64,000 nt of DNA from Haliotis rufescens (GCF_023055435.1 NW_025963890.1:7378001-7442000); one strand, 5' to 3'. Shown: positions 1 through 13,672, counted from the stretch's first letter. The notes: generated by a model not told the origin, from the letters alone. Numbers and translations: made by a program.

Positions 1-3
1 GTT

Positions 4-112
4 GTCTACAGTTCGGTATTGCCTGTAGGTGTATGTCTACAGTTCGGCATTGCTTGTAGGTGTATGTCTACAGTTCGGTATTGCAAACAATTAGGTGTTT
101 ATCGACAGTTCG
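4..112. repeat. 31-bp tandem repeat (about 3.5 units), probably continuing upstream of the window
   Basis: Unit gtctacagttcggtattgcctgtaggtgtat recurs at 4, 35 and 66, with a degenerate copy near 100. Confidence 0.8.
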
Positions 113-1694
113 ACACTCCTAAAAATCGGTTTGTCGAGCCACCTGTCAGTGCCGTTGTGTACTTTTGAGATAGTTAGCTGATAAGACAACCCCATCTTCA
201 CGAGATAAGGGAGTTACCAGACTTTAAAAGTCCATGCCAGATTGACTTTAGTAAATATGAAAAAATCTATCTACCCCTCGTCATTGCCATTTATTGACCT
301 TTGTCGTGACAGATTTACTTTAGTAATATGAAATAATAGGGTGGTCCTTAACTTCTTTTGAGTAGTATATTACCGGCACACTGTTTGCCCATACCCTAGC
401 ACTCCCGAAACCCTGACTTCTGGATCATTACTACAAGCAATGCTAAACAGCAGTCTCCGTACCCATGATTCTTAAACCCGGGCGTACCCACGTGGAACCA
501 TCATAGTTGGTTAAGAAGCAAATATGTTTATTTTGTTAAAAATAATAAAGAGCATTGTTCGTGCATTCTTGTCTGGTGTTTTCATATTACTTGATACTCG
601 GGGCCCGTTAGTCGCCTCTTACAAGCATAGGTTGCTGAAGATTTGGGCGCAAAAACGTTTTTGAGATTATGAGTAGATCACAGAAAATCAGTGATGACAC
701 CAGGTGTTCGCGAAAGGGGTAAGCATTTTTTGTCTACCGGTATGCAACCGCCACTCACATATTTTGCATAAAAAAGTATGTGTTTGTTTCCTGACACGAG
801 AGATGTTACCTTCCTCAACGAATGTGTTGATGTTCAAAAGATCCATTACATTTCCGCGAAACCTAGTGGTGCACATGAACAAACATTGAAGATCGAATTG
901 AACTGACGGGCAAAAGAAATGAAACTAGCAAGAAATGATTATTCGATGGTGATGTAATTGATTCGGGTAACATAGTTGTGTTTTTGGACCTTAAGTTTGC
1001 AGTATTTCGGCGACTGTTTTCAGCCAAGTAACGTTTTGATAACATTTGCAAATTTCAGTCGTGTTCTTTCTTTCGCCCGGCAGTTTGTGTGTTACATTTC
1101 CACAGAAAACTAAAAACTATTGAATAAACGCAACAAAATTCTTTCCATCGTCACACGAAAACTCTACTAAAAGCAAAGTCGATTATACGATTCAGATTGT
1201 ATCGTGAGCATTTGTTAATGAATCATTTTCGAATAGTGATGATACCAGGACCTGATTTTCGCGAAAAGGTGATCGTATCTTTCCCCACCGGTGGCACCCG
1301 TTACAAACACATGCAAAGGCAAGTCAATTGTTCTCCTTAAAAATAACGGGGATATATGTAACAAGTCAAAATAGGCATCGCACATAATTTTGGTCACGGG
1401 TGTGTCAAATCTTTAAATGTCTTCCACATGTCTACCATAAAATGTTTTGAAAGCTTTACTGGGGCCTTGGGTGTTGTAAACTTGCTCTAACATCTTTTGA
1501 GCAAAAGTCATATAACGCTCTTTGAAATCGTCGAAGAAAGAGCATGCTCGATTGCACCTCAAAAATTGTGGAATATAGACACCAAAGGCTGGAGCTTCTG
1601 GAATATTGTTCGACATGAAGGGAAAGTTTACTCTTGCCATACAGTCTTGTGGGGAGGGTTTTGTCGCTCTAAATCTTTATGCTTAGCTAAGTAT

Positions 1695-1972
1695 GAGTGA
1701 GTGGGTTATGGTTAACGCCGCTTTTAACAGTATTCCTGTTAGATCACGGCGTGTCAGCTTAATGTATGAGGTAAGCCCGAGGTGATGCAGGTCTTAGACG
1801 TTTACCACTTCGGTGAAACCCTCGAGCACGGGTATGGTGCTAACAAACCTAGAAACATAATCGGGACGAAGTGGGATTCGATCCCACAATCATAGGTTTC
1901 TGGCGTGCCCAAGGGACGCAACTCTGAACAGCGAATTGCGGCGCCTTAGACGACTGGGCCACCCGTGCCCCC
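1695..1972 (-). mobile_element. SINE family B (tRNA-like head, about 275 bp)
   Basis: Head ggggcacgggtggcccagtcgtctaaggcg..gggatcgaatccc and actca-type tail. Other copies at about 4352-4585(-), 20303-20580(+), 26899-27110(+), 28336-28890(+, interrupted), 37105-37347(-), 45265-45437(+), 50527-50793(-), 53470-53897(-). Confidence 0.85.
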
Positions 1973-2842
1973 AGCTCTAAATATGAAATAGATGGGGCGG
2001 TCTCACTAGTCTCCGTTATTATCACATAATGGGTAGGTTTCTCGGCAGGATAAAGCCAACGGATAAAAACGATATCCGTTGGGGTCATATGCGGATAGAG
2101 ATGCAAATATCAAAGGTCAAGTTGGACTACTAAAAATGGCGTCGCCCTCGTCATTCGGCGATCGAGTCAGAATTAACCATCGGGAATCTGGAGAACTACA
2201 GGGATAGTTGCTATTATTATCAAAAGAACAGTCTAATATACTGAAAATCAGTGTCTAACTGTGACGTAGCTAAGGTATTTTATAAGTTTTGGCAACTTTC
2301 GAGATATAAACGAGGCCTAGCCAAGCGGGATCAGTAGCCATATCTGTGCTTGTAGACCTTTGCGGCCTGAAACCTTATCCACAAATTTAAATAGTTGGAT
2401 TTTGCCGAAATATGTTTGAATTGTTACCTTGTTTCGTTTTGTCGCTCTGTGTACATCTGACTACACTTCTTAACGTTATAACAGGACAGACCGAGTGTCA
2501 ACAACGTCTGACCGTGGCCCCGACGTCTCAAACTAGGGTTAGAGTAGCTTCCCTTTGACAAAGGGCAGTTACTCTAGCGGACAGACCGATGGATTGCCGC
2601 GAAAGGCAATTACAAACAACTGTTGTTTTGCGTGTATATGTTGCTTCGCCACTGTATAAGAAACAGATTTCAGTTGGAACTATATTGGCTACTGTCACTG
2701 TCCGACTGACACATCAGTTACCCTGTGACGTAATAAATATTAATGCGTGCATTCCAGGAAAACTCGCAATGTTTCGGTAATGTTTGTGAGAGAGGGAAAG
2801 CTATTTTCAAGCACAGAATTAAAGAATGACATTATATGATAA

Positions 2843-2995
2843 AGAGGTTATCACGCTTTTGTGTTTGGGGATGGTAAATATCCTGTATTAGGAATAAACA
2901 CTATGTATTTAGCTCGCCAAGGCCCGCTAAATACAATGTTTATTCCTAATGCAGGATATTTACCATCCCCAAACACACTCGCGTGATAACCTTTA
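2843..2995. mobile_element. Palindromic MITE
   Basis: Inverted ends agaggttatcacgc / gcgtgataacct with an internal palindrome; second partial copy at about 42348-42470. Confidence 0.7.
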
Positions 2996-3101
2996 TTTAC
3001 TGGTTCATGTGGGTAAATCAGTGGAAGGGAATTAGCTATTTGACCATTACTGGAAGACATCACATCATTGATATAGTTCAATTAATCTGCTTGGTCAAAT
3101 T

Positions 3102-3580
3102 TAGGGGTGTCACGATAAATCGAAATATCGATATATTGCTATTGGTAAGCACTTAAAGTCAATAAATCAATTGTTAAATCAGTTTCCGATCAATAGTATC
3201 GATTTCAGTTAGGAATATCAAGTTTCGATTGTATTTAGCATATCAATAAAATACATGCAATGCTGTTCAAATTTGTCATGAGTGGTAGTAATTTACACAT
3301 GGAAATGTGGAAGTTTCTTTTTCTTAAATTATTAGGGTAAAGAAAATACAAATCAGTCATATCTCAAACTTTACTTTTTATTTCTTATTATCGTTATGAC
3401 ATTCAAAGGAAACTTCAGTTCCAAGGTTTAATTCAACTCTAAAATCCATCTGAAATGATACACTGAAAACTATCGATATTTAAGGCAATAGTTGCTTGCA
3501 ATATCAATAGTTATCGCAATAGTTTCTTTCAATATAAATAGTTATCGCAATAGTGATTTCCAGACCAATAGTCACCCCTA
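3102..3580. mobile_element. Non-autonomous hAT-type MITE, copy 1
   Basis: TIR taggggtgtcac / gtcaccccta; 8-bp TSD gtcaaatt/ttcaaatt; closely similar copy at 21425-21917. Confidence 0.85.
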
Positions 3581-5639
3581 TTCAAATTTCCTTGTTTTGA
3601 TTGTGCAGAAAGAAACCGATCAGCAAGAAGTGAAGCACAGTTGGCGCTTATGGGGATGCCTACTTGTCTTACCCCCATATCTTGCATAGATGGTTCACGT
3701 ATAAACCTTTTCCAATTCTCTTTCCTCTTTTACAATTCACCGAAGTGGTAAACGTCTGAGACCTGCATCACTTCGGGCTTTCCTCCCACATTAAGCTGAT
3801 ACGCCGTGATATAACTGGAATAATGTTAAAAGCGGCGTTAAACCCAACTCACCCACTCACTCCTCTTTTTCAGTTTGTGCATTCTACTTATAACAACATC
3901 GCGCACTGACTTAAAGCTTTTGTCAGATTAGTGATTGGGCTAAAGAGAGGGTCAATGTCACTAGGTGTGGACTAGGCATAACAAATCACGTGTATCTTGA
4001 GTGGACGTGAAACGTGATATTCCTTATACCTGCTTTGGGGTCTGGACCAATTCAGATCTCGCGTGACATCCAAGAGGAAGGCCAGCAGATGTCATGTTAT
4101 GTGTTATGAAAAATTGTCGTAGACTTCTGTAATATTTGGATTAATTCATGATCAAACTTAACATTTCAGTCTGTGAAGATAAACTATAAAACTATAAATA
4201 ACCAAATATACACCAGTCATCGTGATGTCATCATATTCCTGCGAGTGGTTGGCGAAGCTTAAAGGTCCGTGTCCCACTTTTTGGCCTTGTGGTAATCCAA
4301 AACATTTGCGAATAGTTTTAATAGGACAAAGGCCAATTGTACAGACATTGGTGAGTGAATGAGTTGAGTTTAACGCCGCCTTGAACTGTATTCTAGTTAT
4401 GGTCCGGTGTGTCAGCGTATTCTTGGAGAAACGCCCTGAGCGATGCAGATCTCAGACGTTCACCTTTGACAACAGCGAAACATAATCGGCGCGAAACGCG
4501 ATTCGAACACACGTTCACGGGTTTCTGACGTCCCCAGGGGACGCAACTCTGTACAACCTTGCACGATTGGGCCACCTGTACCCCTGACATACATGATCAC
4601 TGTGGCGTTATCAAGACAAAATTAGAACTTAACTGACGTGAACAGATTTTTAAATATGTTGAATCGGGAATAGTTGGGATTTTTTAGAAAAACAAGCATA
4701 TTTCAACGATTGGCAAAATATTAACACATCCATCAACCATGCTAATATATTTCAAGATCGTTCTGCATTTACAGAAGGCTATAATAAAAGATAATTTATC
4801 TGGGCATGCAGTTTGAAATGTCCTTGCAACTGTCACAGAATATCTTAACAGCATTCTATTTTGATAACGTATATATATGTATTTTATGCATTATTACTTC
4901 TAGACAAGTGTTGAGTTAGTAGTCAGAGTAACACATCGTTGAGGGAATCCAGAATACTTTCTATGCTGTAATACATGCGTGTAACAGCGGTCACTTGCGC
5001 CATTGTCCAGCATGACAATTAATTACATAACATTATGACATTATAGCCTCTATCAGTTATCCCCTGGATACCATGTAATCACATCCACACGTCCCTTGTC
5101 CAGGTGGTCACGCCATTGTCCTCATGTAAAACCTTTACCAGTTATCCCATATGTTATATCTGTATTAAGAATCTTGCAATTCCATTGGTTAATCCGTACC
5201 ATTTGACGAAACATTACATTTGAATGTTGACCCCAAAATCATGTGACTGAGACGCCCTCGAATATTGACTCGTCACATGATCAGTATTGACCCGTCACGT
5301 GATGAAAATTGACGCGTCTGCTAGAAAACAAGATGGCGTCCAAGGCCGTAGTAAACTTTTTTTGACAGGGGTGCAAATATTTGTACAAGTCTCACTTGTC
5401 CCCAACTTGATTCAAATAAAACTGTTTTCTATATAAAAAAAAATAATCGATATTTACAGACCGCCGTCATATAGCTGGAATATTGCTGAGTGCGGCCTTA
5501 AACAACAAACAAGCATTATCTTAAAATTTCAACTCATTATCTTGAGATTCCACGATCATTTTCTTGGAATTTTCAACTTATGTATCTTGAAAATTCCACT
5601 TTTTATCTTGACCTTTCATGAAAAAAATGAGAATGTAAG

Positions 5640-5880
5640 TCTTCAGCAACCAATGCTTGCCGTAAAAGGTGATTATGCTTGTCGTAAGAGGCGACGAACG
5701 GGATTTGGTGGTCAGGCTCGTTGACTTGCATGGTTCACCATGTCATCGATCCCAATTGCCTGGTTTTATGCTCATGATGTCAGTCACCGGATTGTCTTGT
5801 CCAGACTCGATTATTTACAGACCGCCGTCATATAGCTGGAATATTGCTGAATGCGGCGTTAAACAACAAACCAACCAACC
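5640..5880 (+). mobile_element. SINE-like family C (non-tRNA structured head, caaa/caac tail)
   Basis: Core atgcttgtcgtaagaggcgac..gggtggtcaggctcg..gctggaatattgctga. Other copies at about 16755-17040, 27530-27788(-), 37647-37920(+), 38597-38834(-), 39435-39687(-, TSD cccaggtagagg), 41546-41772(+), 47585-47790(+), 54915-55140(-), 63842-64000(+). Confidence 0.85.
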
Positions 5881-8244
5881 ATGAAAATAATTTTAAAAAA
5901 AGCATATGGCCCTAAAATACTTCCGTAACATATCAATCCAGCATAAAATGATTACCTGTCTTACACAGATATAATATTGAAATTGCAAACAGGACAAGGT
6001 ACCGCACAATAATTATTAGGAGGATGAGGAGCACGTTATTAACTTAGAACATACAACATGTACATAGGAATATACCTTTGTTCGTTTTAAGTGTCTCACA
6101 TTCATATTTTGGTCTTTTTGGACGACCAGTTGTCGTTTTTTCGTATATAATCCATTTGGTGTATAACACCATGATGAGAGAACAGTATGATATTGACAGG
6201 GCGGCAGTCCGCATCAGGCGTTAAATCGTCTTGTTGGCGCAACAGCTTGCTTATTGTGCAAGCAGCATGCATTGTTCATAGTGTGTAAAGGAATACTGGC
6301 CGTATTTATAAACTTATTGAGCTATTTATGAATATATATTTTTTAATATTAACGGTTGGCGAGAGATCCATAAGAAATACCAACCATTAATTTCGTTTTC
6401 AATTTGATTCAAAGAAAGGTAGTAAAAGGAAATTGTAATTATTCGGGTTCGAACTCTTCTTTCATATATAAAATAGGATAAAGGCGATAAGTCGTGTAAA
6501 TAATGGATTACCTCCCTTGAAATATGGACGCTCCGTGCTGTCGTAAGATGTGACGAAGAAACCATATTGTGAATAACAGTGAAAGAAACATGTTTTGCAT
6601 TTGACTGACGGCTTTCTCAGATTCACTTATTTATTATCATGAAACTATCCAATGTATTTCCCTGTACTTGGATGTAGTTTAGACAATGGAAGTTACAAGC
6701 AGGGATCTACCCCCGGCTTTCAGAAAACTGAGACAGGTTTGTTGAAACACACTATAGCCTACTTCAACTGCGAATCATAACTTTTGTAAACATGTATTTA
6801 TTGCAGGATAGCATGCGGAAATATGGCAAATTTAGAAATTTATGAATTCTGATTACACGTAGACCATGCACATAACATTGAGGTGCTATCAACTGGTTAT
6901 TGTGTTTTGTTTTGAACTTATGAAACTGTCATTAGGCCAAGGCTAGCTGGCCATTGTCAAACATTAGGCTATTCCGTGATAGTTTTGATCTGTGAACATG
7001 GTGAGAGGTGTTTCAGTTCTGAGCATGACTTTATGGGGAATTAATCTCTCAGTAGGGAATGCGAAATAAGCACCAACCATACATGTTTGGTAGTAATGTG
7101 GGCCTACATTTAGTACAATATGTATCTGCAACTGCATGCATTTGTATTGTTTGGTACTATCACAGGACCATGGAAGTAACATTCTATACTAACAAACTCG
7201 CAGAGGAGGCCCCTTCTGCACCTTTGTTATTATATGGCCTCGTCTGTGAGTTTGAAAGTCTAGAATATAACTTACATGGCCCTGTGTTATTATTCAATCC
7301 AAATCATAAACGTGATAAAAGAAAAACAAATGCTAAGTTGACTGGCTTCACTTAAAATCACCAGGAACAATAGCAACCGAGTTAAAAGATTCTGATAAAG
7401 CTGAAAGAGAATATGAGATAAGTATGTATAGCCCCACCCCTTCCTATACCTTACCAAAAGGGTGGATTGTATCCTATCCATGTGATCCATCAAAATAGAC
7501 AAGTTCAATATAGTTGCCAGCTTGTTGCCAGCTTGTTGCCATCAGTCATCAGAAGTAGAGCATGTAAAATCAGGACCCCAAATGTTTAAATCGAAGGTCA
7601 ATATCACTGCTTATGACAGGAGTTTTACCTATATTAACTTATCATACATGCATGATCTCTTGAGTAGGTTCTGCTGATATTGGTAATTGAAACCAAATTT
7701 TCACCTCGCCCACAGGACCATGTAACTAATATTCTATCTGTACTAACAAACTCATAGATGAGGTCAAAGGCCCAGTTTGAAATTTCCAAAAGTCATATTA
7801 TTTGAGGATTTAAACTTCAGCAGCATATGTCACATGTGACGTACTATATGCCTCAGCAGAGTAATAAATGTAGTTATAAAAACATCAAGGTAGTTCAACG
7901 TACTGTTTTCTTAGTTAAGTTATTTTGTACACAGCCTGTAACAAATGCAGTCATTGTCTGACTGATGTCGTAAGCTTGGAAAGGGAGACAACTCATGTTG
8001 AGCTTATTGTTCCTTGACAGCCTTTTGTTTGCTCTGACATATTTACTTTCAAACATATCAAGCTTATGATATTGTGGAGCATAAATTTTTTACCCCTCAG
8101 CTGCATTTTGTGAGTATGCGAAGAATTGCTTACAAACTAACCACAAGTTTTTATTTTATCATGCTTCTTATAAGAATGATTCTTTAACACTGTTAAAGCA
8201 TGATGCTTCTAATTTCAGATTTCCCTTTGAGTTATTGATAGACA

Positions 8245-9456
8245 ATGGCTGAACACCAAGAACAGCCAGAGACACCACCAGAACCAAAGACGATAGCAAC
8301 TGTGAAGTCTTTCGAGCAGCTGTACAGCCTGATCTCTAGTGGTGATGCCAAAACTGTCATTGAGTACCTAGATCACAACCATATCACACCAGAAACATAC
8401 ACATCACTTGTGCAAGATCGTTATTACTCACAGCTAAGATATTCTCCGGTGGCCACGGCAGCCAGAACTGGACAACTTGACATCATGAAGGCCCTTATTG
8501 CTCATGGGTTCAACCCAGAGGAAACAAGTAGAAACCTTACTGGGAAGAATGAGTACCCAATTCATCTTGCATGTGCTGCAAACCAGATAGCTGTAGTGAA
8601 ATCTTTGATTGAAGATTATGGTGTTTGTGTTGATACCAGGGACTCGGGTGACTCAACTCCCATGTTCTGGGCAATATTGACGGAAAATATGGATATGTTG
8701 AAACTATTGGTAGATGCAGGTGCTGATGTAAACAGCACATTTCATGACACCATGACACCCCTACTCTTTGCAGCGTTCATGATAAATTCATTAATGTGTG
8801 AATACCTCATGGAAAATGGTGCAAATGTTAATGACACTGGTGACTGTGGTAACACTCCTCTTTGTCTGTCTGTCAGGTGTGTGAGCACCTCTCGCGTTCT
8901 GATTGATGCTGGGGCAGATATCGATCATATCAACAGTCAAGGTGACACCCCACTTATTCTAGCCAGCAAGAGGAACTACAGGAACACTGTAGAACTGTTA
9001 GGCTCTCGAGGAGCATGTGCTGACATTCAGGACAAGGAAGGACGCACAGCTTTGCATCATGCTGTGGACAGAGATCATAACAAGATTGCAGAGTATCTCA
9101 TTGGACACCTTAATGTTCAGTTGGATGTGCTGGACAATTTAGGAAGGACTGCTTTCTATATGGCATTTTTTCAAAGAAATGCTGAACTGGTTGAACTCTT
9201 AATCCAGGCAGGAGCTGACCCTGGCAAAGAAGATATAGTGTATGAGGACGATCCAGGAGACAAGGAGCATCCAGTCTGGTATGCAGTGGTGAAAGACTGT
9301 AGGCGTATTGGAAGAAATTCAAGGACACTTCAGCACCTGTGTAGATTCAAAGTTAGGAGCATGTTTGGTAGGGATATCAACACAGCTATCAAGACTCTGC
9401 CTCTGCCACAGACTGTTAAGGATGACCTTGCATTGCTTTATTACATAGGTCATTGA
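8245..9456 (+). CDS. Ankyrin repeat and SOCS box-containing protein (ASB family), 403 aa, single coding exon
   Basis: About 8 ankyrin repeats (SPVATAA, YPIHLAC, TPMFWAI, TPLLFAA, TPLCLSV, TPLILAS, TALHHAV, TAFYMAF); C-terminal SOCS box TLQHLCRFKV..LPLP; splice acceptor tttcag at 8217-8218 just before the ATG. Confidence 0.92.
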   Translation: MAEHQEQPETPPEPKTIATVKSFEQLYSLISSGDAKTVIEYLDHNHITPETYTSLVQDRYYSQLRYSPVATAARTGQLDIMKALIAHGFNPEETSRNLTGKNEYPIHLACAANQIAVVKSLIEDYGVCVDTRDSGDSTPMFWAILTENMDMLKLLVDAGADVNSTFHDTMTPLLFAAFMINSLMCEYLMENGANVNDTGDCGNTPLCLSVRCVSTSRVLIDAGADIDHINSQGDTPLILASKRNYRNTVELLGSRGACADIQDKEGRTALHHAVDRDHNKIAEYLIGHLNVQLDVLDNLGRTAFYMAFFQRNAELVELLIQAGADPGKEDIVYEDDPGDKEHPVWYAVVKDCRRIGRNSRTLQHLCRFKVRSMFGRDINTAIKTLPLPQTVKDDLALLYYIGH

Positions 9457-10277
9457 TTCATTAAATGTACTTCATGGAGTTGTTTCTCATCATTTACCTT
9501 CCCTGAATCTACAGTTCACTTGTGCTGTTAGTGTGGTGAGGCAGCTGTAGCTATTGCAGAATGGTTGTTATCAGAAATTTCTAGAAGATCCTTTTTTAAA
9601 AAGATTAATTATATAGAACCAGGAGAATGTCCTGCAAAGACTTGATAAAATGTCATAGGATGTAATAAATTGTTTCCTGCCAAAATCACTGCAAATGTAA
9701 AGATCACTTAAATATAACATAAAAATTTATAATTTTGATAGAAACAAACAAATTTATTTAATCTAAAAGGAGACCCATTGAGATGGGAGATCCTGAATGT
9801 GTGGAAAACTGCTTCATTTAGAGATGTAGCAATATGGTTCAGGGACAGACAGACTAATAAAGCATGTTTTATTGGGTCATACATACAATGATCATGATAA
9901 AGTCACTGTTAGATTGTGAGATACCTTCAAATTTCCAGACCATTAACATCGCACATTAGTATTATTGCACGAGATATACTGTTCAATTTTATCCTGTAGA
10001 CTCCCAAGCATAGTCTGTCAGACGTGTCAATTGAAAACAAGCATGTAGTGCAGAGTTGACGCCCTTGATTTGAGCCATAGTTTATCAAAGGAGGAATGAT
10101 GGTATTTCTCATGTTTGGGTCCAAAAGCATGATACAGATTTGCATGTGTCATCTTTTTTCTAATAATTATAAGTGGATAATAATCTGTTGTAGATCTGCT
10201 CCAAAGTTTCCCTGATGTATTTAAGTTAATCATTTGGAGAAATTTCATTTTGACAAAATCATATTGTTCTTTCACAA

Positions 10278-10610
10278 CCGCCCCCATGGTGTAGTGGATA
10301 GAGAGTCTGCCTCGAGAGTGGAAGGTCGGTTGTTCAATCCCTGGTAACGTGTTACCAAATGATATTTCGAGATGGTACCAGTTAGTTACCTAGCCAGGTG
10401 CTCTGCATTAATAAAATAAAACAAGGGCTGGTTGGCTCCATATACTTTGTCTGAATGGGGTATCCATATTAGACTGCAGCATGGTATTTTGGTGGGCTAG
10501 CACTATAAAACCAGCATTAATCCAGATTAGCACAAGACACACGCACACATGCATGCATATCTCAAGTGCAATAATCTAGAACAAAATGTTAAAGCCTGAT
10601 TCAGTTGCCC
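10278..10610 (+). mobile_element. SINE family D (tRNA head), degenerate copy
   Basis: A/B-box-like tggtgtagtgg..gttcaatccc; central gctagcactataaa shared with the copy at 28370-28727. Confidence 0.7.
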
Positions 10611-11336
10611 TTTCAGTTTTTTATGTTTAATATATTTTCTGACATTAGTCATGTGACTTATTGTTGAAGGGGCTTTACTTGATGAATTAAAAGACATTGA
10701 TCTTTATTCATTTTCTGCCCAAGTGAGCTTACTATCATGACTATGGTATGGCACATTGTCCATAGTCTGCCCATCTTTCGTAGGTCAATCATAGTCTGTT
10801 AATCCCACTTTATTGAAAATCTACTGGACCTAATCGTTTTCTCTTATAATATAGTCATTTTACATAAACCATTATTCCGAAAAAAGGACCAGTTGGATAT
10901 GACCAATGGTGTCTACCAGTGTCAAACTCAACATGCACAAAGATATTAACTTTTGACTTTTTTTCTCAAAATTCTTTCATGGGACTAAAGTCAACAGTAG
11001 TTTTTACAGGACAAAAAGTGAAAAGTAACAAATTTTATCATACAAAATGTAGGATTTTGACATTTGGGTATACCATGTAGTAGAACAAAGGGACTAAAAT
11101 TCTAAGAATACTTTTTTATCTAAAGAACAGTAAAATAAGACAAATTTGTACTTGTTCAAAGATACAAATACATTAATATTAACATTGAATAGTTTTGAAA
11201 TAGTTGATAAACAGAACATTCAAAAAGAGTATCTAAAGGTTTCTCAATATGTGTATTGTTTAGAATGGAAGTTCCACATGTTGTGGGCCGATTGTTATTA
11301 AATTAACTCCAAATGGATTTTAGGGCAGACAATCTA

Positions 11337-12817
11337 TACTGAACCACAAAAGAAACATCACCATGGATAAATATATTAGATACCTTATTTGTCCAAACAC
11401 TGTAAACATACTTTGAGACATATCAAAAAGATGAAACTTGGCAACACTGATCATCCAGGTTGAAATTAAAGTGTCAAATGTTCTCAAAGTGAAACACAAC
11501 ACTATTCTCTGAGAAAATGGAATCACAAGTCAGTACTAGTATCTCCTTTGTCCGCCATGTGCATTGATGACTGCTGTGCAACGTCAATACATGGAATGGA
11601 AGAGGCGGTTGATGAAGGCCATAGGCACTTGAGCCCACACTCTGAGGAAAGCCTGACGTATTTCAGCTGCAGTTGTCGGCCTTGGTCGGACGTCATTCAG
11701 TCGTCTTTGAATCTCGTCCCACAGGTGCTCAATGAGATTTAAATCGGGACTGAGGGCAGGCTATTGCACGGTTCTGATGCCATTCTGCTGTAGGAAGTCT
11801 CTTGTTGCTCTCGCAGTGTGGGCACAGGCGTTATCATGCTGAAACTTGCGGCGACGTGCCAAATGCATGAGGTGTGGCGTTTGGCCTCAAGACTTGATCA
11901 ATGGACCGAGGTGCTGTGACACCATTGCCTCTCCCTGGAAGACCACAGGGACGACCCTCTGTGCAAAACCAATTCCACTCCACACCATGATGCTCGGACC
12001 ATCCCCCGAATCTCAACAACACAAGCATCGGAATAACGTTCACCACGGCGTCTGCCATCTGCTGTTGAGATACAGTAACGGCTCTCGTCTGAGAAGAGGA
12101 CTCTTCTCCAATGCTGGTGGCGCCAAATGCTGGTGCTGTTACCAACCGAGGACGGTCCCGGCGATGACGTGGTGTCAGAATGGGTCCTCGGTGTGGCCTG
12201 TGACAGTGGAGGTGTCTGTTCGTCAATGTGTCGCTGGTGTGTCCCCATGGTCTGTCGAGCAGTTTCCGCAGCAGTAACAAAGCAATCTTGAAGATGCTGT
12301 CGCACAATCTGACGATCCTGACGTCGGGTGGTGACCCTAGGTCTTCCACGACGTGGTCGGGCATCTGTAGTGTTGGCGGTCTGGTACAGTTGCTTGATCC
12401 CGTGTATGGTCCTTACGGAGACTTGAAATGCTTTGGCTACTTGCCGGGTGGTTTGTCCAGCTTGCAATCGTCCAAGTGCTTGGTGTCGCTGATTTCTTGT
12501 CAATCTTGGAATGTGGTTGCAATTCAATAACAAATGAATGTTATCTGGGTTGATATTTATAGGGCAAGAAATGGGGGAACACATGTGCATTTCAATTTGC
12601 ACGGAACTCACGTGCATCTGGTTACCATTGCCGTTGCCGTGATGCGTTTGGGCGATCGGTTTTATTGTCATCTGCTTTGTTTTTTTATCATCAAAGTTCA
12701 TTATTCCGTACAAGGTAATGTTAAATTTAAGAAACTTTGACAAAAACTACCCAGATATTTAAATGACAACTTTTCATGCAATGTTACTTGGGGTGACGTT
12801 TCTTTTGCGGTTCAGTA
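11337..12817 (-). mobile_element. Tc1/mariner DNA transposon, full-length but defective
   Basis: TIRs tactgaaccacaaaagaaacatcacc / ggtgacgtttcttttgcggttcagta with TA flanks; frameshifted transposase with HTH (QALGRLQAGQTTRQVAKAF), GRPR, WRRVLFSDESR, QHDNA and SPDLNLIEHLWDE. Confidence 0.92.
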
Positions 12818-13295
12818 TATTTGATGCCTTGATAAAAGGAACAGGAATCTTCTTGATCATGCATGATGTCATGGTGACCACCCATGAAGTCCAACTACTT
12901 AGTTGCAACCTGGCTTGTTTGGTATGTCATCCATTGATTGGTTGTCACAGTTTACATTTTACAACTATTTTCTATTTTACATCATATATTAGCTCTTTCT
13001 TTCCTCCACACTTAAAACAAGACACTGTCTCTTACAGAGGCTCGTGCCCTGGTTATGTTCGCACTACCATCGTTTTGACAACAGGTACACGTAAGTCTGC
13101 ACGTGAGTTGCGTGCTGAGGTCACGTGCATTGAGCACTAGATTCGAAATCCGTGCCGGTGGAATGTATTATATCAGGATGGATTGCAAAACAATGGAAAA
13201 CCTTATATCAAGCATACTGCGTTGTTCGAATACTTTGCAGTGCATGCATTGCGACGACGTATGTAATCTTTGTTTGTATTGCCGCACCACCCGAC

Positions 13296-13322
13296 CCCCC
13301 CCCCCCCCCCCCCCCCCCCCCC
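13296..13322. repeat. Poly-C homopolymer (poly-G on the minus strand)
   Basis: Run of about 27 C. Confidence 0.9.
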
Positions 13323-13518
13323 TCATCTCTCTCTCTTTGTTAGACAAGGCTGGGAACCCATGATAGAAACTAAGCGTTCCCTTACTCATTTCTGCAGGAA
13401 TAGTATAAATTATTAATACCAGAGAGAACCAACCACCTCAGAATCAGCCAACCGCATCGTATATCCACAGCCCTGGTCAATTATCAAATAACAAGATGGT
13501 CCACTCACAAACTATTTC

Positions 13519-13672
13519 GGGGCGGTCGGGTAGCCTAAAGCGTTCGCTCGTCACGCCGAAGACCCGGGTTCGATTCTCGACATGGGTACAATGTGTGAGG
13601 CCCATTTCTGGTGTCCCCCGCCGTGATATTGCTAGAATATTGCTAAAAACGGCGTAAAACCATACTCACTCA
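13519..13672 (+). mobile_element. SINE family A (tRNA-derived, about 165 bp, (actc)n tail)
   Basis: ggggcggtcgggtagccta..gggttcgattc; TSD ctcacaaactatttc. Other copies at about 29068-29232(+), 30646-30812(-), 31094-31245(+), 31595-31750(+), 36605-36959(-, tandem pair), 41348-41500(-), 46668-46831(+), 62882-63027(+); several have clear TSDs. Confidence 0.9.

Larger units (their letters stand above)
1413..3720 (-). mobile_element. Fragmented reverse-transcriptase relic (Penelope-like), split by younger insertions
   Basis: Collinear minus-strand RT remnants: GIPISANCASLLAD (about 3620-3660, cf. GIPMGTNCAPLLAD); YINDVMSSSN..LPLIYPHE (about 3000-3080, cf. YIDD); ITETSETAPSISYLEL (about 1975-2025); VNFPFMSNNIPEAPAFGVYIPQFLR..RACS (1413-1640). 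Confidence 0.7.

Noticed and set aside
11834-12743. Active transposase gene
   Set aside because: Likely start codon mutated, and multiple frameshifts separate the HTH and DDE motifs
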